Of a DNA stretch of 64,000 nucleotides, positions 1 to 5,954 are shown piece by piece; within the stretch, counting starts at the first letter, position 1, and each line of letters begins with the position of its first letter. Below the pieces are notes generated by a model. The model did not search any database. It was not told the origin of the DNA and saw only the letters and a list, made by a program, of their open reading frames with translations. The DNA is from a virus (Duplodnaviria > Caudoviricetes): the IMG/VR virus record IMGVR_UViG_3300005282_000001, positions 1 through 64,000 of that record, one strand, 5' to 3'. The position numbers were made by a program, and so were the translations under genes.

Positions 1-150
1 CATCTCAGCAACACCAGAGTACATTAGAGGCATCTCAGCAACACCAGAGTACATTAGAGGCACCACAGCAACATCAGAGTACATTAGAGGCCCCACAACA
101 ACACCAGAGCACCCCAGAGACCCCGCAGCAACATCAGAGTACGCTAGGTC
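1..150. repeat. 30-bp tandem repeat, about 5 copies, degenerating rightwards
   Basis: CATCTCAGCAACACCAGAGTACATTAGAGG is exact at 1-30 and 31-60; variants at 61-90, 91-120 and 121-150; may continue left of the window. Confidence 0.95.
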
Positions 151-282
151 CTATCATTCCTGCCACGGTAACCCCAGAATCAATCAGCGTATCAACAGCA
201 CCCTTATGTCTCTCATGATTACGCCACAGTCCACCTGTTAGTCAATACGTATACGTATGATACCGTAGTAACTACTGTATCC

Positions 283-426
283 TTATGTGACATTTGCAAC
301 ATATGATACATTACGCTCCACTTGTACCCATATAATACACTAATATAACACTAGTAATCCCCACTTATGCTACTGTATACGCATGTAATTCCCACTGTGT
401 CTCCACTTGTTGCAAATGTCACATAA
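283..426. repeat. Perfect 19-bp inverted repeat
   Basis: TTATGTGACATTTGCAACA (283-301) and its reverse complement TGTTGCAAATGTCACATAA (408-426). Confidence 0.9.
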
Positions 427-436
427 CTGTATACCT

Positions 437-512
437 TATAGTAATACATATGTAACTGCTATGTATTGTATGTATAACAGTAGATAAAACAAAAGAGACT
501 CCGAAGAGTCCC
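437..512. repeat. Direct repeat copy 1 (43 bp exact plus terminator); partner at 1178-1252
   Basis: TATAGTAATACATATGTAACTGCTATGTATTGTATGTATAACA is identical at 437-479 and 1178-1220. Confidence 0.95.
486..510 (-). terminator. Rho-independent terminator of cassette 1
   Basis: Minus strand GACTC-TTCG-GAGTC followed by TCTTTTGTTTT, just after the stop of ORF 524-712. Confidence 0.85.
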
Positions 513-523
513 TTAAGTGATTG

Positions 524-712
524 TTACATATACCTGCGCTTTGTTTGGTATGCCTTTGCATACTTTAGATGTTTAACGTACTTGCGCGCCTCTGTCCTTG
601 TATCGAACGAGCGTCTAAATTTCCAGCTGTCATCCGACTTGTTATATGTTATTACATCCCACATGGACTCAGTGTCACTGATCGGAAACTTAATGATATC
701 ATACTTTTTCAT
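524..712 (-). CDS. Small hypothetical protein (62 aa)
   Basis: Has its own promoter (770-798), GGGGG SD and terminator. Confidence 0.8.
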   Translation of the reverse strand: MKKYDIIKFPISDTESMWDVITYNKSDDSWKFRRSFDTRTEARKYVKHLKYAKAYQTKRRYM

Positions 713-769
713 AATGATCCCCCTGTGAGCCGATAGCTTACCCCATCCGCGCTCCCTTACTACTCTTTA

Positions 770-798
770 AGTATACCATAGCTTACATAACAATGCAA
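770..798 (-). promoter_or_regulatory. Sigma-A/sigma70-type promoter
   Basis: TTGCAT-17 bp-TATACT with an extended -10 TG; near-identical copy at 1471-1499. Confidence 0.8.
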
Positions 799-1129
799 GT
801 GTTTTGCGAAAGAAATTTCATGATGTATCTGATATTAGTATCTGGTGCTAAACAATACATATATAATAACTATGTATACTAATGAATTCAAGTGTTATAC
901 TTTAGTACCTACTACTAATTGTTATGTATCCATAGTTTTCTTATACACTTAGTAGTTACTATTAGTACCTAGTGCTAAACAATTGATACACTAGATTACT
1001 AAACATGAACAACAGTACACTAATATTCACACATGAATAACAACAGAAACTACTACATATTACTAAAGATGAATAATAGTATATACTTGTTCACTTATGA
1101 ATAACAACAGTATACTATTCAATCAATAG

Positions 1130-1170
1130 TTATCCACAACATACATGAGTTATCAACAGAGTTATCCACA
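1130..1170 (+). promoter_or_regulatory. Cluster of DnaA-box-like 9-mers
   Basis: TTATCCACA at 1130-1138 and 1162-1170; TTATCAACA (1 mismatch) at 1150-1158. Confidence 0.65.
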
Positions 1171-1177
1171 TAGTCTC

Positions 1178-1252
1178 TATAGTAATACATATGTAACTGC
1201 TATGTATTGTATGTATAACAATAGACAAAACAAAAGGACTCTTTCGAGTCCC
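1178..1252. repeat. Direct repeat copy 2 (43 bp exact plus terminator)
   Basis: Matches 437-512. Confidence 0.95.
1227..1251 (-). terminator. Rho-independent terminator of cassette 2
   Basis: Minus strand GGACTC-GAAA-GAGTCC followed by TTTTGTTTT. Confidence 0.85.
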
Positions 1253-1257
1253 TGTGT

Positions 1258-1434
1258 TCACTCATATGATAGTTCAAGCGTACTGTTGAGATCATCGAAC
1301 ATATCCTCATAGTATACGCCTGTGTACTCTTGTCCATCCAACTGATAATCCACTAGCAACTCACCATTCATCATGTACTGCGAATGAACTACTAATGTAA
1401 CCGCCAGCATACATTTGATTATAAAGTTTCTCAT
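1258..1434 (-). CDS. Small acidic hypothetical protein (58 aa, absent from the ORF track)
   Basis: Hand-translated MRNFIIKCMLAVTLVVHSQY...LELSYE*; lies between promoter 1471-1499 and terminator 1227-1251; AAGGT SD-like site. Confidence 0.7.
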   Translation of the reverse strand: MRNFIIKCMLAVTLVVHSQYMMNGELLVDYQLDGQEYTGVYYEDMFDDLNSTLELSYE

Positions 1435-1470
1435 AAGTTAATACCTTCGCTTTCTCTTTTGATTGGCTTA

Positions 1471-1499
1471 AGTATACCATACATACCATAACAATGCAA
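1471..1499 (-). promoter_or_regulatory. Sigma-A/sigma70-type promoter
   Basis: TTGCAT-17 bp-TATACT with extended -10. Confidence 0.8.
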
Positions 1500-1588
1500 G
1501 TGTTTTTCTCAACAATTACATCACAATTCCATTCGCTTCCTTATATAATACACAAGAAAATTCACTAGAAAACTTTTGAATCTTTTGC

Positions 1589-1617
1589 TTGACATTGGTA
1601 CCTATATATGCTATTAT
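1589..1617 (+). promoter_or_regulatory. Early promoter P1
   Basis: TTGACA-17 bp-TATTAT with extended -10 TG. Confidence 0.8.
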
Positions 1618-1670
1618 AAGTACATAAGATAAATCAACAGAAAAACCGATGACATCGAAGAAAATAACTG

Positions 1671-1699
1671 TTGACATCTTATGTACCATATGATATAAT
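1671..1699 (+). promoter_or_regulatory. Early promoter P2 (perfect consensus)
   Basis: TTGACA-17 bp-TATAAT with extended -10 TG. Confidence 0.9.
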
Positions 1700-1749
1700 A
1701 AAGACAGTCAAAGAGATACAATAAAAACAAATGAAAGCGAGTGAATTGT

Positions 1750-1989
1750 ATGAAACCAGAAGAAATGACTTACAGACAATTGTATACTAATAGAAAGCGT
1801 AAAGACGTTCAAGAGTATATCGAACGGATTACAGAAAGAAGCACAACAGCAGCAGATGGATCATTAGTTTTTCATATTTTGCTTGATGGTAAAATAATTG
1901 TATCTACTAATCTTCCTAGCAAAGCAGAAAAGGGGTACAATAGTTACGTAAGAGAACAACGAATAAACAAAAGAACCTGTCGAAACTAG
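1750..1989 (+). CDS. Hypothetical early protein
   Basis: First ORF after P1/P2; start uncertain (1741, 1750 or 1765); stop TAG lies in hammerhead stem III. Confidence 0.65.
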   Translation: MKPEEMTYRQLYTNRKRKDVQEYIERITERSTTAADGSLVFHILLDGKIIVSTNLPSKAEKGYNSYVREQRINKRTCRN

Positions 1990-2054
1990 GGCTAATCCCC
2001 TAGTCTACCGTTGAGTGGTCCTCACGGTGCTGATGAGACAAACTGAGGTGGCCA
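1975..2054 (+). ncRNA. Hammerhead ribozyme, type II
   Basis: Stem II TGTC(1978-81)/GACA(2037-40); GAAA 1982-85; stem III CTAGGG/CCCTAG; GUC triplet 2003-05; stem I TACCG/CGGTG plus TGAG/CTCA; core CTGATGA 2030-36; loop I TGGTC can pair with GGCCA (2050-54). Confidence 0.9.
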
Positions 2055-2086
2055 GGGATACGCTGGCACTCACAAGGAGATACATC

Positions 2087-2422
2087 ATAAAACAAAAGTA
2101 TACTTATAAAGCCATTCGCAACATGGGATTACCAGTGCTTGCCATTGGATACTGCGACTTACAAACGTTATTCCCTGAAACAGATGCATTCGGATATTCG
2201 TCAGGAACTAATGGTTGGAACTGTAATTATCATAGGACCTATGGGGGAAGCAGAGCCATTGTAAGCACTGGATATCGTCCAATAGGGACAACGGTTCCCC
2301 GTGATATTGTGAAGAAATACGAAGCAAAAGCAAGGGAACTTCCTACAAGCTTATCTTTTGATCGTATAGAGAAACTTTGTGAGTTACAAAAGGACTTCAT
2401 AGTAGAAGCATTAGCCGTCTGA
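2087..2422 (+). CDS. Conserved-looking phage hypothetical protein (GYCxLQ...GWN...STGYRP motifs), bracketed by ribozymes
   Basis: ORF-track frame 2015-2422; the best SD AAGGAG (2074-79) points to ATA at 2087; stop TGA is part of the second hammerhead core. Confidence 0.75.
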   Translation: MKQKYTYKAIRNMGLPVLAIGYCDLQTLFPETDAFGYSSGTNGWNCNYHRTYGGSRAIVSTGYRPIGTTVPRDIVKKYEAKARELPTSLSFDRIEKLCELQKDFIVEALAV

Positions 2423-2472
2423 AGAGTCGCTGAGAATTGCGACGAAACGCCTTCGGGCGTCACGGCAACTGC
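2408..2472 (+). ncRNA. Hammerhead ribozyme, type I
   Basis: GCCGT-CTGAAGA-GTCGC-TGAGAATT-GCGAC-GAAA-CGCC-TTCG-GGCG-TC-ACGGC: all core nucleotides and three stems present; predicted cleavage after C2461. Confidence 0.93.
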
Positions 2473-2593
2473 ACACGTTTCCTTCGATCCTTGGGTGCAC
2501 CGAGGAGATGACAAGGGGTACAAGCGGAATCCAGCAGAGGAGCCGACGGATAAAAACAGAGGAATTCTGCTGGATAGCCTAAGAATACAATAG

Positions 2594-2632
2594 CGGTTAC
2601 ACAAAATGTAACGGGCGACTGAAGGGAGTAGG
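2594..2632 (+). repeat. Double-hairpin/RBS element, copy 1
   Basis: CG-GTTACAC-AAA-ATGTAAC-GGG-CGACTGAAGGGAG. Confidence 0.8.
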
Positions 2633-2641
2633 AAATTACCT

Positions 2642-2767
2642 ATGATTAACTCAAAATACCTTGTCAAGCTTCAGATTTTACTCAGCACGAAACGCATAAT
2701 CCGCAAGGGAATGCAAGTGGATACGTCAGAATTCAATGAGGTACAGCAGAAATGGCTAAGAAGCTAA
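2642..2767 (+). CDS. Small hypothetical protein (41 aa)
   Basis: Hand-translated MINSKYLVKLQILL...; SD-like site provided by element copy 1. Confidence 0.5.
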   Translation: MINSKYLVKLQILLSTKRIIRKGMQVDTSEFNEVQQKWLRS

Positions 2768-2779
2768 TGATGCTTGCGG

Positions 2780-2788
2780 TGCTATAAT
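2780..2788 (+). promoter_or_regulatory. Possible extended -10 promoter
   Basis: TG-C-TATAAT upstream of ORF 2812; no good -35. Confidence 0.4.
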
Positions 2789-2811
2789 ATATTACGAGGA
2801 GATGTATTGGT

Positions 2812-3642
2812 ATGGTAAAAGGATATAAGGTATTTAACAGTGACTGGACGTGTAGAGATGGTTTTAAGTACAAGGTGGGGGAAACGTATACCCAAGATGG
2901 AAAACTGGAGGTTTGCGGCAATGGATTGCACTTCTGCAAAAAGGCCGTTGATTGCTTTAATTATTATAGTTTTGATTCTTCAAATCATGTTGCTGAAGTG
3001 GTTGCCTATGGGAAAATAGCAGAACAGGGTGATAAATGTTGTACAAATAAACTAAAGGTTGTTGGGGAAATTTCGTGGCAGGAGGTATTAAACTTAGTCA
3101 ACACAGGAGACGACAACACAGGCTACCGCAACACAGGTAGCTTCAACACAGGTAACTTCAACACAGGCTACCGCAACACAGGTAACTTCAACACAGGTGA
3201 CCGCAACACAGGAGACGATAACACAGGTAACTTCAACACAGGTAACCGCAACACAGGCTACTTCAACACAGGTAACCGCAACACAGGTGATTGCAATATT
3301 TCAAACCATGAAACTGGAGTTTTTTGCACAGAAGAACATAAGATTCGTATATTCGATATTGAATCGGATATTACTTTTGAAGAATGGAGAGATTCCAGGG
3401 CATATTGGATATTATCTAAAGTGCTACTAATAGAGTGGGTTGAAGAGTATAGTATGACAGACGGAGAAAAAAGCAAACACCTAGAGTATAAAACTACTGG
3501 AGGGTATTTAAAGAAAGTTGATTTATTTTCTGCTTATGCTGCATGGTGGAAAAATCTTAGCGATGCTGACAAGAGTACCATTAAATCTATCCCAAACTTT
3601 AACTCTAAGAAATTTAAGATAATCACTGGAATCGAAGTATAG
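2812..3642 (+). CDS. Pentapeptide (NTGxx) repeat protein
   Basis: 13 tandem NTGxx units; GAGGAG SD. Confidence 0.85.
   Translation: MVKGYKVFNSDWTCRDGFKYKVGETYTQDGKLEVCGNGLHFCKKAVDCFNYYSFDSSNHVAEVVAYGKIAEQGDKCCTNKLKVVGEISWQEVLNLVNTGDDNTGYRNTGSFNTGNFNTGYRNTGNFNTGDRNTGDDNTGNFNTGNRNTGYFNTGNRNTGDCNISNHETGVFCTEEHKIRIFDIESDITFEEWRDSRAYWILSKVLLIEWVEEYSMTDGEKSKHLEYKTTGGYLKKVDLFSAYAAWWKNLSDADKSTIKSIPNFNSKKFKIITGIEV
3100..3294 (+). repeat. 15-bp coding tandem repeat x13
   Basis: AACACAGGnnnnnnn units encoding NTGxx. Confidence 0.95.
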
Positions 3643-3666
3643 CTATATGATTTAGGAGGAATACTA

Positions 3667-3801
3667 ATGAAACCATCACAAGAGTGCAAGAGTCACAATG
3701 AGTATTGCCAAGGTTGCCCTTATACAACAGAACACGGAGGATGTACCGCTGGGCAACCTTGGAAGCACAAACTTACAGTTGTGGACGGTGGACGCAAATG
3801 A
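3667..3801 (+). CDS. Small Cys-rich hypothetical protein (44 aa)
   Basis: AGGAGG SD; C..CxxCPY..C; ATGA overlap with the next gene. Confidence 0.6.
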   Translation: MKPSQECKSHNEYCQGCPYTTEHGGCTAGQPWKHKLTVVDGGRK

Positions 3802-3962
3802 TATACTTAGTAATTGCAGAGGTAGTACTTGCGTTAGTTGTATGGAAACTCGTAAGAAATTCCCCTTCAGGACTTAGGGCAGCAGATGGAATAATCCTTG
3901 GGTTATTTTTAAGTTCAATCATATGGATCGGAGGTGTTATCTTGTGGAAATTCTTGAATTAA
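3798..3962 (+). CDS. Small membrane protein (2 TM)
   Basis: 3' part of track ORF 3705-3962; two hydrophobic stretches; ATGA overlap. Confidence 0.65.
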   Translation: MIYLVIAEVVLALVVWKLVRNSPSGLRAADGIILGLFLSSIIWIGGVILWKFLN

Positions 3963-4016
3963 TCTTAGGACTCTATTGTTATCCAAAATATTACATCATA
4001 GGAGGTCGTAAGTATT

Positions 4017-4196
4017 ATGCTTGATGATAAACTTAATGAGTTCGAAAGTATCCCATGTTATACAGTAGGTAGGCACTCGTATATCTCAGAGGACTTCCTA
4101 CAATTTCCAGCAGGTACCAAGCGTCACACAGTGATGCAGTGGTTTGCTGATGAGTATCGTAAGAATCTATTGAATAACGGGGGTATATTGTTATGA
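4017..4196 (+). CDS. Hypothetical protein (59 aa)
   Basis: AGGAGG SD; hand-translated MLDDKLNEFESIPC... Confidence 0.6.
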   Translation: MLDDKLNEFESIPCYTVGRHSYISEDFLQFPAGTKRHTVMQWFADEYRKNLLNNGGILL

Positions 4197-4366
4197 TATT
4201 CTATGTTACTGTACATGATCCCGAGGTAAACTTCGTGAACGAATCCGAGTGTGCTCATAAGTTATTCGAGGAGATACGCAAGGTATTACCATACAAATCT
4301 TTTGATATCCGTAGGAAACCAGAGGAAGACCCTGTGTTACAATGGAACGGAGGGAATAACCAATGA
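4193..4366 (+). CDS. Hypothetical protein (57 aa)
   Basis: ATGA overlaps at both ends; hand-translated MIFYVTVHDPEV... Confidence 0.55.
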   Translation: MIFYVTVHDPEVNFVNESECAHKLFEEIRKVLPYKSFDIRRKPEEDPVLQWNGGNNQ

Positions 4367-4414
4367 TTCATATGATTGGTGCGCTGGCTCTTTGGTTACT
4401 CTGTAGAAAATAAT

Positions 4415-4455
4415 CGGTTACGCAAGGCGTAACGGGTGAACAAAGTGAACAGGAG
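4415..4455 (+). repeat. Double-hairpin/RBS element, copy 2
   Basis: CG-GTTACGC-AAG-GCGTAAC-GGG-TGAACAAAGTGAA-CAGGAG. Confidence 0.9.
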
Positions 4456-4665
4456 ATGGTACAAATGTTAACAATAGGAACAAAAGTAAAAATATTAGGA
4501 ACTACAACACCATGGCTTAAGGGCACAATAGGAACAGTAGGTGTTGTATCGAAGATCAGTAGAAAAGACGAAAAAGGCCAGTGGTATCTTGTAGAACTTC
4601 CTTATATTATCATGGGGGACAACAAGTGGTATTATGTTGAGCCAAAACTGGAGGAATACAAATGA
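4456..4665 (+). CDS. Hypothetical protein (KOW/SH3-like)
   Basis: IGTKVKI...GTIGTV pattern; start may be 4465. Confidence 0.65.
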   Translation: MVQMLTIGTKVKILGTTTPWLKGTIGTVGVVSKISRKDEKGQWYLVELPYIIMGDNKWYYVEPKLEEYK

Positions 4666-5051
4666 TTACTAAAGAAATGGAAGAGATTATCGTGGGATAC
4701 AACGGAATACTTAAGAATCTAGAGAATGACATAAGAAGCACCGAGGCTAAACTTAAGCATAACCACTTGAAAACTGTTGACTTGATGCACGAGGCTGACC
4801 CTAGAAATCACATTGAGGGGATGCCTAGGAAACGTAAGGTAGACTCAAGAATCGCCATGTCACTTGGGTTAAAACTCAAGGAACTTGCAATGGAACATAG
4901 GGACCTTAAGGATGAACTAGAGTTGCTCAAGGTAATCCAGCAGCAATTTCCTGAGAACTCCAAAGGTAAGACAGCGGTATCTAATGTATCCTCGTTTGTA
5001 CAGTGCGGGAAAACTAGAAAATACACAAGAAGAGTGGAGGAAAACAAATGA
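4662..5051 (+). CDS. Hypothetical coiled-coil protein
   Basis: GGAGG SD, ATGA overlaps. Confidence 0.7.
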   Translation: MITKEMEEIIVGYNGILKNLENDIRSTEAKLKHNHLKTVDLMHEADPRNHIEGMPRKRKVDSRIAMSLGLKLKELAMEHRDLKDELELLKVIQQQFPENSKGKTAVSNVSSFVQCGKTRKYTRRVEENK

Positions 5052-5482
5052 ACACAACGCTAAGCATCAGAAACCACACGTACACCTGCGACATCTCAGA
5101 ATCCGGCAAGACTACCTTTGAGCACTATGGGGAATTCATGAAGTATATCCATGACATTATCCAAGAATTACAAGAGGATTTTCCAGCGTTATTTCCTGAG
5201 AAACCTCAGCCGAAACTTCCGCTTGCTATTGGAATCCACAAGGAACTTGCAACGTGGGCTCAGGTACTAGGGGTATCCAAAAGGAACTTAGGTATTGCGT
5301 TAGGTAGCTGGACAAAAGGTAAGAGGTACCAGGCGGCCCTCAAGGTAGGCAAGGAGTTAAACATAAGATTTGGCGTTGGGTACCGTAAGAATGTCGTGAG
5401 CGTTCATCCGTATAACAAAAGAGATAAACGGTTGCGTAAGACGCAACGGGCGACCGAAGGGAAGCAGGAGGAAGACAAATGA
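5048..5482 (+). CDS. ProQ/FinO-family RNA-binding domain protein
   Basis: FPALF..PLAIGIHKEL...SKRNLGIALGSWT...RYQAAL..G..R resembles the ProQ/FinO consensus (FP.cF..PLKiGI...lr.AL..yt...rYL). Confidence 0.7.
   Translation: MNTTLSIRNHTYTCDISESGKTTFEHYGEFMKYIHDIIQELQEDFPALFPEKPQPKLPLAIGIHKELATWAQVLGVSKRNLGIALGSWTKGKRYQAALKVGKELNIRFGVGYRKNVVSVHPYNKRDKRLRKTQRATEGKQEEDK
5429..5471 (+). repeat. Double-hairpin/RBS element, copy 3
   Basis: CG-GTTGCGT-AAG-ACGCAAC-GGG-CGACCGAAGGGAAG-CAGGAGG; compensatory changes relative to copy 2. Confidence 0.9.
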
Positions 5483-5691
5483 ATGTCTTAAATAGACTTA
5501 TTTACGACCTTGAGGAACATCACAAGTACACCAAGGTACAGCTCAACTGTATTCTATATGGTTCCAATGAATATCATCACAAAGGCAAGGTAGTACTTGC
5601 GGAAGTCTATGAGATTACCTATAGGAACCATGTGTTAGCCATTGGGGACGAAAGATTTGGCGTGTACGAGGGGTACTATCGAGTCTTATGA
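5479..5691 (+). CDS. Hypothetical protein
   Basis: AGGAGG SD from element copy 3. Confidence 0.7.
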   Translation: MNVLNRLIYDLEEHHKYTKVQLNCILYGSNEYHHKGKVVLAEVYEITYRNHVLAIGDERFGVYEGYYRVL

Positions 5692-5722
5692 GTCCTTAGC
5701 AGCTCTAAAGTAAAATTTAGGG

Positions 5723-5751
5723 TTGCAATAGAATCCATAAGGTAGTACAAT
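5723..5751 (+). promoter_or_regulatory. Putative sigma-A promoter upstream of the recombinase operon
   Basis: TTGCAA-17 bp-TACAAT. Confidence 0.55.
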
Positions 5752-5762
5752 ACGAATAAGGG

Positions 5763-5954
5763 GTGAAACAGATGGATAAGCTTGAAAGAATGCTAGAGAA
5801 ACAAAAGAATAACGCTAGGAATTTCGATAGACAAATTAAGGAAATCATTAGTGGAACTAGAGTAAGTATTGACGATGAACTTTTGGAATCTATAGATAAA
5901 CAATACTTAGCAATAGAACACTATAGAGAAGGAATGAGTCGCTATGGACACTAA
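5763..5954 (+). CDS. Hypothetical protein
   Basis: ORF track; lies in the operon direction. Confidence 0.6.
   Translation: MKQMDKLERMLEKQKNNARNFDRQIKEIISGTRVSIDDELLESIDKQYLAIEHYREGMSRYGH

Noticed and set aside
1-150. CRISPR or mini-CRISPR array
   Set aside because: Units are head-to-tail with no unique spacers, and no cas genes are present.
1731-1790. 19-aa uORF MKASELYETRRNDLQTIVY resembling the start of ORF 1750
   Set aside because: No SD and only loose similarity; cannot be told from chance.
2489-2575. Third ribozyme (twister-like words GGTACAAGC and GGATAAAA..AGAGG) and hairpins CCTTGG/CCGAGG and ATCCAGCAGA/TCTGCTGGAT
   Set aside because: I could not build twister P1/P2/P4 or its pseudoknots. 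The hairpins exist but fit no family I can support; an Infernal scan would settle it.
4147-4154. CTGATGAG as a hammerhead core
   Set aside because: Lies in a coding region (FADE); no GAAA partner or stems.
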